A stretch of DNA of 64,000 nucleotides from the NCBI GenBank assembly GCA_049967655.1, contig JBMFSH010000006.1, positions 32,001-96,000 on the forward strand, read 5' to 3'. A model generated the notes under the pieces. That model worked only from the letters and a program-made list of their open reading frames with translations. It searched no databases and was not told the origin of the DNA. Within the stretch, counting starts at the first letter, position 1, and each line of letters opens with the position of its first letter. The stretch comes from Acidobacteriota bacterium. Lineage in GTDB: Bacteria > Acidobacteriota > UBA4820 > DSQY01. Below are positions 35,877 to 46,461 of the stretch, in pieces. A program made the position numbers and the translations under genes.

Positions 35877-37508
35877 CTACAAGATGAAGTCTGTGGAGAT
35901 GAAGTTGGAGTGGTGATCCCGCACGATATCCTCCACGATGGCCTTGTTCGGCTCCGTGGTCTTGGCCGCCACGAGGGTCCGGATGGAGAAGACCCTCAGC
36001 GCGTCCGACACGGAGAGCGTCCCCTCCGCCGAATCCTTCCTTCCGCAGAAGGGGAAGGTGTCCGGCCCCCGCTGGCACTGGCTGTTGATGTTCACGCGGC
36101 AGACCTGGTTCACCAGCGGATCCACCAGCCTCCCGATGACCTCCGGGTCGCTGCCGAACAGGCTGACTTGCTGGCCGTAGTTCGAGTCGATGACGTAGCG
36201 GATGGGCCTCTCGATGTCGTCGAAGGCGGCCACCGGGATGATCGGCCCGAACTGCTCCTCGTGATAGACGCGCATGGTCTCGTTCACCGGGTAGAGCACG
36301 GCGGGATGGAAGAAGGTGCCCGCCACGGCGCCGCCTCCGGGGTTCATCACCTTGGCCCCCTTGGCCTCGGCGTCCTCCACCAGTTCGCGGAGGTAGCGCG
36401 TCTTGTCCACTTCGGGCATGGGCGTCACCCTGACCCCCTCCTCCCAGGGCATTCCCATCTTGAGATCCGTCACGGCGCGGGAGAGCTTGTCCAGGAAGAC
36501 GCCCGCGATCTCCGAGTGCACCCAAAACATCTTGAGGGCCGTGCAGCGCTGGCCGTTGTAAGAGAGGGCGCCGAGAACGCACTCGGGGACGGTGAGCTCC
36601 AGGTCGGCGTCCCTGAGGATGATGGCAGCGTTCTTCGCCTCAAGCCCCAGCACGCTCCGAAGCCGGTGGGGCTTGGGGTGCTGCTTCTTCAGCAGGTCCG
36701 CCGCCCGGCTGGAGCCGATGAAGGCCAGCACGTCCACCTTCCCCGTGCCCATCAGGGGATGGACCACCTGCTGACCGCGCCCGAAGACCGTGTTCACGAC
36801 GCCCCGGGGGAAGGAGTCCCGGAAGGCCTCCAGCAGAGGGAAGTGCAGCAGGACTCCCAGGCGCGGCGGCTTGAAGATCACCGCATTTCCCATGATGAGG
36901 GCCGGGATGAGCGTGGTGAAGGTCTCGTTGAGGGGGTAGTTGTGCGGCCCCATGCAGAGCACCACGCCCAGGGGACCGCGGCGGATCTGGCCGATGATCC
37001 CCTTCTGGATCACGAAGCGGGAGGAGACCCGGTCCAGCTCCTTGAGGGCGTCCACCGTGTCGCGAATGTACTCGACCGTGCGGTCGAACTCGTTGGCGGC
37101 GTCCGCGTGTGTCTTGGCGATCTCCCACATGAGGAGCTTCACCACCTCGTCCCGCTTCTCACGCATTCGGAAGGTGAACTCCTCCACATACTTGATACGC
37201 TGGCGCACGGACATGGTGGGCCAGAGGCCTCGCCCGTGGTCGTAAGCGCGCACGGCCGCCTCCAGCGCCTCCAGCGAGGTCGCTTCGTCCATGAGCGGGT
37301 AGCGCCCCAGCAGCTTCTGGTCCAGCGCCTCGCCGTCCCGAATGCATACCGGCGAGAGGACGTCCCGCATCGGGCCCTCCCAACGGCGCAGCTCGCCGTC
37401 CACCAGGTACCGGTCGCACACCACGGGGCCATCCAGGCTGAACTCCGCGGGCACCTCGCCAGCGGTCGGGAACATCCGCCGGATTTTCTCTTCGAATTCC
37501 ATGACCAT
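35877..37508 (-). CDS. gapN: NADP-dependent non-phosphorylating glyceraldehyde-3-phosphate dehydrogenase (ALDH family)
   Basis: NYPLNET, LGLEAKNA, NGQRCTALK, EEQFGP and QRGPDTFPF.GRKDSA motifs. Confidence 0.85.
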   Translation of the reverse strand: MVMEFEEKIRRMFPTAGEVPAEFSLDGPVVCDRYLVDGELRRWEGPMRDVLSPVCIRDGEALDQKLLGRYPLMDEATSLEALEAAVRAYDHGRGLWPTMSVRQRIKYVEEFTFRMREKRDEVVKLLMWEIAKTHADAANEFDRTVEYIRDTVDALKELDRVSSRFVIQKGIIGQIRRGPLGVVLCMGPHNYPLNETFTTLIPALIMGNAVIFKPPRLGVLLHFPLLEAFRDSFPRGVVNTVFGRGQQVVHPLMGTGKVDVLAFIGSSRAADLLKKQHPKPHRLRSVLGLEAKNAAIILRDADLELTVPECVLGALSYNGQRCTALKMFWVHSEIAGVFLDKLSRAVTDLKMGMPWEEGVRVTPMPEVDKTRYLRELVEDAEAKGAKVMNPGGGAVAGTFFHPAVLYPVNETMRVYHEEQFGPIIPVAAFDDIERPIRYVIDSNYGQQVSLFGSDPEVIGRLVDPLVNQVCRVNINSQCQRGPDTFPFCGRKDSAEGTLSVSDALRVFSIRTLVAAKTTEPNKAIVEDIVRDHHSNFISTDFIL

Positions 37509-37836
37509 GGACCTCCTTTCGGGCTGTCAGTCCCCTTCCCTATCGTCCTCTACCATAGAGCATCCTCGCACCCGCTTCCACCCGGCCCCCGTTCAGAGCC
37601 CTTTCGTTTCATCCGGCATCCTCCCCGCACGGCCCGCCGCGCTGAGGGTTCCGGTCCCGCGGGATAGGCCGCGCGGTGATCGTCCCGTTACCAATTTGTT
37701 ACAGGATGTCTCATGAAGGTTCCAAACCAAGGGGGCGCCCGCTTCCGAGGAGAGCGGAGATGGATTGAATCCAAGACGGCTTTCTCTCTTCAAGCTGATG
37801 ATCATTCCTTCCCCACGGTCCCGGTCCGCGACGACT

Positions 37837-37852
37837 TGGCAGGGCTCTTGCT
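37837..37852 (+). promoter_or_regulatory. Sigma54 -24/-12 promoter candidate
   Basis: TGGCAGGGCTCTTGCT (GG-N10-GC), about 35 bp before the GGDEF-EAL gene. Confidence 0.6.
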
Positions 37853-37887
37853 GGCTAGCAACTATTTCGCGTTGTTGGAGGTGTGAG

Positions 37888-39969
37888 GTGGTGCCCAGGC
37901 GCAAGGCCCCGGATTCGAAGGCCCGCGATGAAGGCGGCTTCGCCCGCCTGGTCGTGGAGCGCTTCCCTCTCTCCGCCGTGGTGCTCGACGAGGAGGGTCT
38001 CATCCTCTACGCCTCCCCCGGCTCGGAACGCCTGTTCGGGCACACGGCGGATGAGCTGCTGGGCCGGCGCTTCACCGATTTCCTGCCGCCGGAGGACATC
38101 CTGGAGTGGATCCGCGTAACCGCCGAGGGCGTCGCCGGCAGGTGCATCCGCCACCGGATCGTGGCGGCGGACCGCAAGTGGATCGAGATCGAGTCCACCC
38201 CCGCGGAAGCCGGCCCAGGCCAAGCGCCCGCGCACGTCCTGGTCTTTTCGAGGGAGGCCCGACCGTCGGTAGCAGCGCCCGGCGAGGGTCCGCAGTGGCT
38301 GCTGAGCGCCATCGAGCAGCTCGAAGAGTCGGTCCTGATCACCGACCTGGAGGGCACCATCGAATACGTCAACGCCGCCTTCGAGCGGGTGACGGGCTAC
38401 ACGCGGCAGGAGGTCATCGGCAAAACCCCCAGGATTCTAAAGTCGGGCCACCACGATGAGGCCATATACGACAAGCTCTGGAAGACCCTTCAGGCCGGCG
38501 AATCTTACCGAGGCGTGATGATCAACCGGAGAAAGGATGGCACGATCTACCACGAGGAGAAGACCATTTCCCCCGTGCGCGACCGCTCGGGCGCCATCCA
38601 CCATTTCTTGGCCACGGGAGTGGATGTCACCCAGAGACGGATGGCCGAGGAGCAGCTCCAGCACGACGCCCTCCACGATCCCCTCACGGGGCTTCCTAAC
38701 CGAACGCTCTTTTTAGATCGGCTGGGGCTGGCCATGGCAAGAGCCCAGCGCTACGCGGAGTACCGGTTCGGCATCCTTTTCGTGGACCTGGACCGGTTCA
38801 AGCTCATCAACGACAGCATGGGGCACCTCTCGGGCGACGAACTCCTGATGGAGGTCTCCAGCCGCCTAGTTCGCTGCTTGCGGTCCTCGGACACGGTGGC
38901 CCGGCTGGGAGGCGACGAGTTCGCCGTGCTGCTGGACAACATCCCCAACGTGGAGACGGCCGTGCACTTCGCCGAGCGGATCCATGAACAGATCGCCGAG
39001 CCCTGTCGGCTGAGCGGGCACGAGGTGTACAGCAGCGGGAGCATCGGCGTCGCCTTCTGGGCGCCCCACTACGAGAGGCCCGACGAGATGATCCGCGACG
39101 CGGACACGGCCATGTACGAGGCCAAGCGCCAAGGGCGGGGCTGCCACGCGGTCTTTGACCACGCCATGCGCACGAAGGTTTTGCGGCTGCTCGAGGTGGA
39201 GACGGACCTCCGCCAGGCGGTGGCGGACAAGCGCCTGGCCATGTTCTACCAGCCCATCGTGGACCTGGGGTCGGGGGACCTGGTCGGCTTCGAGGCGCTC
39301 CTGAGGTGGCGCCACCCGGAGCACGGGGTGGTGACCCCGGGCCACTTCCTGGAGGTGGCCGAGGAGAACGGCCTGATCCTGCCCATCGGGCAGTTCACCA
39401 TCCGGGAGGCGGCCCGGCACCTGCGGCTCTTGCAGGACCAGCGCCGCGGGGAGCCGCCCCTGGTCATGTGCATCAACCTCTCCACCTCGCAGTTCGCCCA
39501 GCGGGACCTTGCGGAGCAACTCCGCCAGGCCGCCTCCGAATTCCGGCTCGATCCGAGCTGGCTACGGCTGGAGATCACCGAGAGCACGCTCCTCCACCAC
39601 AGCCACGTGGCGGACGCCACCCTCTCGCAGCTCAAGGCGCACAACCTGCGCCTCTGCGTCGACGACTTCGGGACGGGCTACGCCTCGCTGAGCAACCTCC
39701 GCCGCTACCCCATCGACGCCGTGAAGATCGACCACTCTTTCGTTGGCACCATGTGCGAGGACGAAGGCAACCGCGATTTCGTCCGGACCACCATCACCTT
39801 GGCGAAGACGCTCAAGATGCAGGCGGTGGCCGTTGGCATCGAGAGGCCGGACCAGATCGACATGCTACGCTCCATGGGATGCCCGTACGGGCAGGGCTAC
39901 TACTTCGCCCGACCCATGGAGGAGGAGGACTCGGTGGCGTTCCTACAGTCCCTCCCCGGCCCTAACTAG
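37888..39969 (+). CDS. PAS-PAS-GGDEF-EAL protein (probable diguanylate cyclase)
   Basis: RSSD I-site plus intact GGDEF; EAL domain has AVGIE instead of AEGxE; start codon approximate. Confidence 0.9.
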   Translation: MVPRRKAPDSKARDEGGFARLVVERFPLSAVVLDEEGLILYASPGSERLFGHTADELLGRRFTDFLPPEDILEWIRVTAEGVAGRCIRHRIVAADRKWIEIESTPAEAGPGQAPAHVLVFSREARPSVAAPGEGPQWLLSAIEQLEESVLITDLEGTIEYVNAAFERVTGYTRQEVIGKTPRILKSGHHDEAIYDKLWKTLQAGESYRGVMINRRKDGTIYHEEKTISPVRDRSGAIHHFLATGVDVTQRRMAEEQLQHDALHDPLTGLPNRTLFLDRLGLAMARAQRYAEYRFGILFVDLDRFKLINDSMGHLSGDELLMEVSSRLVRCLRSSDTVARLGGDEFAVLLDNIPNVETAVHFAERIHEQIAEPCRLSGHEVYSSGSIGVAFWAPHYERPDEMIRDADTAMYEAKRQGRGCHAVFDHAMRTKVLRLLEVETDLRQAVADKRLAMFYQPIVDLGSGDLVGFEALLRWRHPEHGVVTPGHFLEVAEENGLILPIGQFTIREAARHLRLLQDQRRGEPPLVMCINLSTSQFAQRDLAEQLRQAASEFRLDPSWLRLEITESTLLHHSHVADATLSQLKAHNLRLCVDDFGTGYASLSNLRRYPIDAVKIDHSFVGTMCEDEGNRDFVRTTITLAKTLKMQAVAVGIERPDQIDMLRSMGCPYGQGYYFARPMEEEDSVAFLQSLPGPN

Positions 39970-40024
39970 AGCGGAAACGGCCTCGCGCCAGCGGCGAGCC
40001 GCGCTCCGCCCAGCCCTGCTGCCA

Positions 40025-42739
40025 TCACATCGGCGCCCCCTCGGGGCTCACGAGTGCAGGCTCCGGAAACCCGGCCGCCTTGAGCTGCGGCAGGACCGCC
40101 GCCTTATCGCCCACCAGCACCACCAGAAGCTTGCTCCAGTCGAAGAGGCCCGAGGCCGCGGTCGCATTGATGCCGGAGAGATCCAGGCGGTCCAGCGCCG
40201 CGATCTCCCGACCCACCGAATCCAGGGGACGGCCGTCGGCAATGATCTCCCCGAGGGTCTCCGACAGGTCCGAAGCGGTGGCCGCCGAGCTCACACGGTC
40301 GAAGCGGACAGTCCGGGCGGCCTTCGTGAGCTCATCGGCGGTGACGTCGCCCGAGGCGATGGCGTCGAACTCGCGCTTGAACTCCGCCAGCGCCGCCCCC
40401 GTCACGGCGGTCTGAACCGACGACGAGGCTCCCAGCATGAACTGGTCGGCCTCCCGCCACAGGCTGCTGCGAGCGCCATAGGAGTAGCCGTGCTTCTCGC
40501 GGATGTTCTGCATGAGGCGGCTCGTGAAGGCGCCTCCGAAGAGGGTGTTGAGGCTGTCCCTCAGCGCCTCTCCATCGGCCCCGGCGGAGGCCGCCACCGG
40601 GCGCATCATGGTGAGAACCGTTTGAGGTGCCCCGGGGCGGTCCACCAGCACGAGCCTCCCGGATGGCGGTTGGATCAGCGGCTCCGGAGGGGAGGGGAGT
40701 TCCTCGGCCGGTGGTCGCCAGCCACCGAGGCGCTGGTCTAGGGCCGCCCTGAGCGCTTCGGGATGGAAGTCTCCGACGAAAACGAGGCTCGCGCCGGAGG
40801 CACGAAGCAGGCGCGGCAGGTACTCTCTCACGTCTTTCAGCTCGATGGCCCGCACCGTCGCCGCGTAGCCCGCCCTGGGGCGCCCGCGGGGGTCGTCCCT
40901 GCCGAAGATGATGGCCCGCGACGCCATGACGGCCACGACCTCGGGCCGTTCCACCCTGGATCGGATGCCGGCTAGCGCGAGCTCCTTCTCCCGCGAGAAG
41001 TCCTTCTCCGAGAGCGCGGGCCGGAGCACCACGTCGGCGAAGAGATCGAGCGTGGGAGCGAGTTTCGAGGAGAGTCCGTCGACCCTCACGGTGAAGGCGT
41101 GCCAGCTGCTCCCCGCTTCGATGGACGCCCCGAGCGAGGCGGCCGCCTCGGCAAAGCCCTCGGCGTCCAGGGAGCCCGCGCCGTCGGCCAGGAGGGACGC
41201 GGTGAGTGCTGCGAGGCCGGCTTTCTCCTTGGGAACGAGCCTCTCCCCGCCGTTCACCACGAGCAACCCCGAGAAGAGCCCGGTCCCTGGGCGGCTCACC
41301 ACGTAGAGCTTCATCCCGTTGGCGAGGGTCATGGCCTCAGGCACCGGGGGATGGACCGGGGCGGGAAGGAAATCGGCCGGGCGCCGGGAGAGGTCCGCGC
41401 CGGAGCTCGCCGCCCCCCCTGGCAGGATGCGCAGGTCCAGCCTGCCCTCCCCGAACACCTTGCAGGCCCAGCTCTTCATCGAATCGGCGCTGGCGGAGGT
41501 GGTGGCGGCTAGGTCGCGCCGGAAGCCGTCGGGATCGCCGAAGGCGTGGTAGTAGGCGTTGAGCATGTCCGCCCGCTCCTGCAGCTCCTCCACCCTCCGC
41601 AGAAAGTGCGACTCCGCCGAGGCCTTCACCCGCTCCAGCTCGGCCCGGGTCGGTCCCTCCCGTTTGTAGCGATCCAGCTCCTCCAGGACGGTCCTTTTGA
41701 TCCGCTCCAGGTCGGCCCCTTCGGCGGCCCGAACCTGCACCGTGAACTCCGAGCCCAAATCTCTGGAGTGTTGGTAAACCGCCACGCTCTGCGCGGTCCG
41801 GTCCTGGAGAACCAGCCGCTGGTAGAGGCGGCCGGCGTTGTCGGCCGACAGGACGGCTGCCGTCAGGTTCATCTCGGCGTCGCCGGGATCGAAGGCCCTC
41901 GGCGAAGGCCAGACCAGCCAGAGCATGGGGTAGCGGACCTCGTCCGTGGCCATGCGACGGATCTCCCGGTCCAGCACCACGGGGGCCGCCGAGCGGTGTT
42001 CGGGGAGCGGCTGGGCCGGTACGGCGCCGAAGGTCTCCGCGATGATCCTCTTCGCGGCCGCCCGCTCGAAGTCTCCGGCCACGACCAGGCTGGCGTTTCC
42101 GGGGACGTAATAGGTGGCAAAGAACTCCTTGACGTCTTTCAAGGTGGCCGCCTCCAGGTCCTCGTGGCTCCCGATGACCGGGTGGCGGTAGGGGTGGCCC
42201 TCGGGGTAGAGGGCCTCAGGGATCATGAGCCACGCCTTGGCGTACGGCTGGTTCTCGTAGCTCTGCCGGCGTTCGTTGCGGACCACGCTGCGCTGGAGAT
42301 CCAGCTTCTCCTGGGTCATGGCCTTGCCCAGGCCCTCCATGCGGTCCGCCTCCAGCCAGAGAAGAGTCGGAAGCAGAGTGCTCGGGCCCCAGCTGTAGTA
42401 ATTGGTGCGGTCCTCGGCGGTGGAGGCGTTATTGGCCCCGCCCCCGCCCTCCATGATCCGGTCGAACTGGCCCCGCGGCACCCGATCGGTACCCATGAAC
42501 ATGAGGTGCTCGAAGAGGTGGGCGAAGCCCGTCCGGCCCTTCACCTCGTCTTTGGCCCCCACGGCGTACCATAGGTTGACGGCCACCTGAGGCAGGCGGT
42601 GATCCTCATGGAGGATGACCGTGAGGCCGTTGGGCAGCGTGTAGGTCTCCGCCGGAACGTCCTGGGACCGGACCGGCCGGGCGATCCCCAGAGCCACCAT
42701 CACCAAGCCCGCGCAGAACAACCCGAGGTGCTTCCGCAT
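40025..42739 (-). CDS. M16 zinc peptidase (PqqL-like)
   Basis: Signal peptide; GFAHLFEHLMF and NAST..DRTNY motifs; two M16 modules. Confidence 0.93.
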   Translation of the reverse strand: MRKHLGLFCAGLVMVALGIARPVRSQDVPAETYTLPNGLTVILHEDHRLPQVAVNLWYAVGAKDEVKGRTGFAHLFEHLMFMGTDRVPRGQFDRIMEGGGGANNASTAEDRTNYYSWGPSTLLPTLLWLEADRMEGLGKAMTQEKLDLQRSVVRNERRQSYENQPYAKAWLMIPEALYPEGHPYRHPVIGSHEDLEAATLKDVKEFFATYYVPGNASLVVAGDFERAAAKRIIAETFGAVPAQPLPEHRSAAPVVLDREIRRMATDEVRYPMLWLVWPSPRAFDPGDAEMNLTAAVLSADNAGRLYQRLVLQDRTAQSVAVYQHSRDLGSEFTVQVRAAEGADLERIKRTVLEELDRYKREGPTRAELERVKASAESHFLRRVEELQERADMLNAYYHAFGDPDGFRRDLAATTSASADSMKSWACKVFGEGRLDLRILPGGAASSGADLSRRPADFLPAPVHPPVPEAMTLANGMKLYVVSRPGTGLFSGLLVVNGGERLVPKEKAGLAALTASLLADGAGSLDAEGFAEAAASLGASIEAGSSWHAFTVRVDGLSSKLAPTLDLFADVVLRPALSEKDFSREKELALAGIRSRVERPEVVAVMASRAIIFGRDDPRGRPRAGYAATVRAIELKDVREYLPRLLRASGASLVFVGDFHPEALRAALDQRLGGWRPPAEELPSPPEPLIQPPSGRLVLVDRPGAPQTVLTMMRPVAASAGADGEALRDSLNTLFGGAFTSRLMQNIREKHGYSYGARSSLWREADQFMLGASSSVQTAVTGAALAEFKREFDAIASGDVTADELTKAARTVRFDRVSSAATASDLSETLGEIIADGRPLDSVGREIAALDRLDLSGINATAASGLFDWSKLLVVLVGDKAAVLPQLKAAGFPEPALVSPEGAPM

Positions 42740-42999
42740 CTTCCCCTCCTCCCCTATCGGCATGATGGGCATTCCCCCGTTCCCTTAGCCCCGGGCCAGG
42801 ACCAACCGCCCAGGAAGGCGCGGCGATCCCGTGCGGGGCCGTCCCCCCACAGGCTTCATACGGGACCGCGGCGCGCCGGGTTTATCGCGCCCTCTCCCTC
42901 CAGCTCCTCCGCCCTCAGCAGACCGTGGGTGTCGTGGGACAGGAAATTCAAAGGCCGCCCGCGTCCCAGCGCGAGCGGCCTTTGAAGGTGGTGACGTCG

Positions 43000-44097
43000 T
43001 CAGCCGTTCTTCCGCACGAACTCTTCCATAAAGGAGACGAGGGTTTCGATCTGGGGCACGGTGACGGCGTTGTACATGGAGACGCGGATGCCGCCCAGGT
43101 CGCGGTAGCCCTTGAGGCCCACCATGCCGTTCTGCTTGGCCTCGGTGATGAACTTCGCCGTGAGCTCCTCGGTGGGGAGGAAGAAGTCCACGTTCATGGC
43201 GGAGCGGTCCTCCTTGACGGTTACCCACGGCCTGTAGAACCCCGAGTGCCGGTCGATGCACCCGTAGAGGAGCTCGGCCTTCTTGAGGTTGTTCTTGTAG
43301 ATGACGGCCAGTCCGCCGATCTCCTTGTTGTAGGCGAGGACGTTTCGGAGGATGTAGATGGAGAAACAGGGCGGCGTATTGAAGAGGCTGTTTTTCTCAG
43401 CGTGGATCTTGTAGCGGAGCATGGTGGGAAGCTTGTCGCTGCACATCTCTAGAAAATCGTCCCGGATGAGCGCCAGCACCAGCCCGGAGGGACCGAGGTT
43501 CTTCTGGGCTCCGGCGTAGATGAAGCCGAAGGGCTTCACGTCGAAGGGACGCCACATCATGTCCGAGGACATATCGGCCGCCAGAGGAATGCCGCCGGTC
43601 TCGGGAAACGTCTTCCACTGGGTGCCGTAGATGGTGTTGTTCGAACAGAAGTGGACGTAGGCCGCGTCGGGGTTGACCTTGATCTCCTCGGGACGCGGTA
43701 GGCGGCAGAACTTCTCGCTCTCCGTGGAGGCGATGCAGCGGGCGTTATCCCCGGCTACGATGACGGCCTCCTTGTAGGCCTTCTTGGCCCAGGAGCCGGT
43801 AACGATGTAGTCCGCTTTGCGCCCCGAGTGGAGGATGTTCATGGGCAGCATGGCGAACTGCATGTTGCCCCCGCCCTGGAGGAAGAGGACCTTGTAATTG
43901 TCGGGGACGTTGAGGAGCTCCTTGACGAGAGCGATGGCCTCGTTATGCACCGCGTCGTACTCCTTGGCGCGGTGGGAGATCTCCATCACCGACATGCCCG
44001 TGCCTTCGAAGTCCAGCATCTCCGCCTGGGCCCGTTCGAGGGCCGGAAGCGGCAGGCCCGCAGGACCAGCGTAGAAATTGATCACCCGTTTGGCCAT
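43000..44097 (-). CDS. serC: Phosphoserine aminotransferase
   Basis: NFYAGPA, MEISHR, DMSS, GAQKNLGP and NTPP motifs. Confidence 0.96.
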   Translation of the reverse strand: MAKRVINFYAGPAGLPLPALERAQAEMLDFEGTGMSVMEISHRAKEYDAVHNEAIALVKELLNVPDNYKVLFLQGGGNMQFAMLPMNILHSGRKADYIVTGSWAKKAYKEAVIVAGDNARCIASTESEKFCRLPRPEEIKVNPDAAYVHFCSNNTIYGTQWKTFPETGGIPLAADMSSDMMWRPFDVKPFGFIYAGAQKNLGPSGLVLALIRDDFLEMCSDKLPTMLRYKIHAEKNSLFNTPPCFSIYILRNVLAYNKEIGGLAVIYKNNLKKAELLYGCIDRHSGFYRPWVTVKEDRSAMNVDFFLPTEELTAKFITEAKQNGMVGLKGYRDLGGIRVSMYNAVTVPQIETLVSFMEEFVRKNG

Positions 44098-44179
44098 GCA
44101 TTTCTCCTTCGGGAAGTCGAACCGGTCGGCCGTGGGGCAAGGATTTTTCCGCTCGCCGCCGGGCCGCTGTCTCGTCTGT

Positions 44180-45052
44180 TCACCTTCTCTTTTCCAAAAT
44201 CTCCACGACGATGTCGCCGATCCTCAGCAGGTTCTCTTTCGACGAAGCCCCGATGTGAGGTGTCATCAGAACGTTCGGGGCGGAGAGGAGCGGGCTGGAG
44301 GGATCGGGCGGATCCGAAGCCCAGACGTCCGTGCCGTACGCGCGCACCTTGCCCGACCGGAGGGCTTCGGCCAGGTCCTCCTCGACCACGACCTTGCCTC
44401 GGCTCGTGTTGATGAGGATCACCCCGTCTTTCATCTTGGCGAAGGCCGCCTTGTTCAACATGCCACGGGTTTGATCCGTCAGCGGCGTGTGGATGCTGAG
44501 GTAGTCGGCCTCCTTTAGCACGTCGTCCATGGAGGGCTTGAGCTGGGCGAAGTCGTGGTTCAGCACGAAGGGATCGTAAGCGATGATCTTCATGCCGAAG
44601 GCCTTCGCGCGCTTGGCCACCTCCGTACCGATAAGGCCGATACCCAGCAGGCCCAGGGTCTTCTCGAAGAGCTCGGTGCGCTTGAGCTCCTTCTTGAGCC
44701 ACTTCCCCTCCTTCATGGAGGTGTGGGCCTCCACGAGGCGGTTGGGGATGGCAAGCATGAGGGCCATGGCGAGCTCGGCCACCGCCACGGAGGAGGCTTG
44801 AGGCGTGTTCCTGACCTCGATCCCCTTCGCCTTGCAGGCCTCCTTGTCGATGTTGTCGGTGCCCACACCGCCCCGGATCACGAGCTTCAGGCGTGGCGCC
44901 GCCTCGATCACCTCCCGGGTGACCTTGGTCTTGCTCCGGACGAGCAGAACTTCGGCTTCGCCGAGCTTTCCCATGTCCTCGTACACCTCCCCGAAAGCGG
45001 CGAGCCGCTTGGGCAGGGATGCATCGAACGCATCTGCAATCAGGATCTTCAT
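44180..45052 (-). CDS. serA: D-3-phosphoglycerate dehydrogenase (short form)
   Basis: [23 protein letters not shown] and TPHIGASS motifs; serC context. Confidence 0.8.
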   Translation of the reverse strand: MKILIADAFDASLPKRLAAFGEVYEDMGKLGEAEVLLVRSKTKVTREVIEAAPRLKLVIRGGVGTDNIDKEACKAKGIEVRNTPQASSVAVAELAMALMLAIPNRLVEAHTSMKEGKWLKKELKRTELFEKTLGLLGIGLIGTEVAKRAKAFGMKIIAYDPFVLNHDFAQLKPSMDDVLKEADYLSIHTPLTDQTRGMLNKAAFAKMKDGVILINTSRGKVVVEEDLAEALRSGKVRAYGTDVWASDPPDPSSPLLSAPNVLMTPHIGASSKENLLRIGDIVVEILEKRR

Positions 45053-45069
45053 TTCCGACCCTCCTTGAA

Positions 45070-45217
45070 ACCACGGAAGCACAGAGACACCGAGAGAGGC
45101 CTTCTCTCTTCCACCTTCCACAGTTTTTCGACCCAGCTAGTTGCCAATGCCCTGTTGACGCACCGCCCAATTTTTCAAACCACAGTTTTTTCCTCTGTGC
45201 CTCAGAGCCTCCGTGGT
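45070..45217. repeat. Imperfect 25-bp inverted repeat (REP/MITE-like)
   Basis: ACCACGGAAGCACAGAGACACCGAG (45070-45094) versus the reverse complement of 45193-45217; 20/25 match. Confidence 0.7.
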
Positions 45218-45222
45218 ATTCA

Positions 45223-46461
45223 TTAGTCCTCGATAAGCCGCACGAGGAGTCCGCTACGCAGCTTGGGCTCGAACCAGGTGGACTTGGGCGGCATGACCTG
45301 GCCGGCGTCCGCCACGCCCATGAGCTGGGTCAGGGAGGTCGGATAGAGGGTGAAGGCCACCGCCCAACCCTCCTTCACCCGCTTCTCCAGCTCGGCGGTC
45401 CCGCGGATGCCGCCCACGAAATCGATGCGCTTGTCGGTCCGAGGATCGTCGATGCCGAGGACCGGGCCCAGCAGATTGTCTTGCAAGATGGAAACGTCCA
45501 GCCCCCTCACCGGGTCCTCGGCGGGAAAGGTCCCCGGCTTGGCCGTCAGGCGGTACCACTTTCCACCGAGAAACATGCCGAACTGCCTCGCCGCCGACGG
45601 TTTCGGGGCAGGCGCCGGAGCCACCTCGAAGGCCGCCTGAACCTTCTCGAGGAACGCTTCGGGAGTGAGACCATTTAAATCCTTCACCACCCGGTTGTAG
45701 TCCATGATCTGGAGTTGGTCGTGGGGGAAGACCGCGGCCATGAAGTATTCGAAGGGCTCCTCGCCGGTGTGGGTGGCGCTCTTGGCCCTCAGGGCCTGCC
45801 CCGTGCGCACCGCAGCCGCAGTCCGGTGGTGGCCGTCGGCGACGTACAGGGCGGGCACCTCCCCGAAGAGCCGCGTGAGGTCGCTCATATCGTCCTGGTC
45901 GGCCACCACCCAGACCGTGTGGCCGATGCCGTCCTCCGTCACGATATCGTAGACGGGATCACAGGAGCGGACCCGGTCCACGATCTCGTCGATCTCCTTC
46001 CGAGCCCGGTAGGCCAGGAAGACGGGCTCCGCGTTGGCGTTCTGTTCGGAGACGTGGCGGGTGCGGTCGTCCTCCTTGTCCTTGCGCGTGAACTCGTGGC
46101 GCTTGATGAGCCCCTCCTCGTACTCCCTCACCGAGCAGAGGCACACCAAACCCGCCTGAACGTGCGCGCCCATCCGCTGCTGGTAGACGTAATAGCAGGG
46201 TTGGGCCTCCTTGATGAGGACGCCGTCCGCGATGTAGCGCAGCAGGTTCTCTCTGCCCTTGGCGTAAACCCTGTCGTCGTAGAGCGGCACGGAGAGGTCC
46301 AAGTCGATTTCGGGTTTTCCCACGTGCAGGAAGGTGTAAGGGTTGCCCTTCGCCAGCTCCCTGGCCTCCTCGGAACTGATAACGTCGTAGGGAAAGCTCG
46401 CCACCCGTGCGGCGAGGTCCGGCTCAGGACGATAGGCGCGAAACGGCTTGATCTTCGACAT
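45223..46461 (-). CDS. DUF1015-family protein
   Basis: PYDVI, HEFT..KEDDR, YVADGHHR and MPPKSTWFEPKLRSGL motifs. Confidence 0.93.
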   Translation of the reverse strand: MSKIKPFRAYRPEPDLAARVASFPYDVISSEEARELAKGNPYTFLHVGKPEIDLDLSVPLYDDRVYAKGRENLLRYIADGVLIKEAQPCYYVYQQRMGAHVQAGLVCLCSVREYEEGLIKRHEFTRKDKEDDRTRHVSEQNANAEPVFLAYRARKEIDEIVDRVRSCDPVYDIVTEDGIGHTVWVVADQDDMSDLTRLFGEVPALYVADGHHRTAAAVRTGQALRAKSATHTGEEPFEYFMAAVFPHDQLQIMDYNRVVKDLNGLTPEAFLEKVQAAFEVAPAPAPKPSAARQFGMFLGGKWYRLTAKPGTFPAEDPVRGLDVSILQDNLLGPVLGIDDPRTDKRIDFVGGIRGTAELEKRVKEGWAVAFTLYPTSLTQLMGVADAGQVMPPKSTWFEPKLRSGLLVRLIED

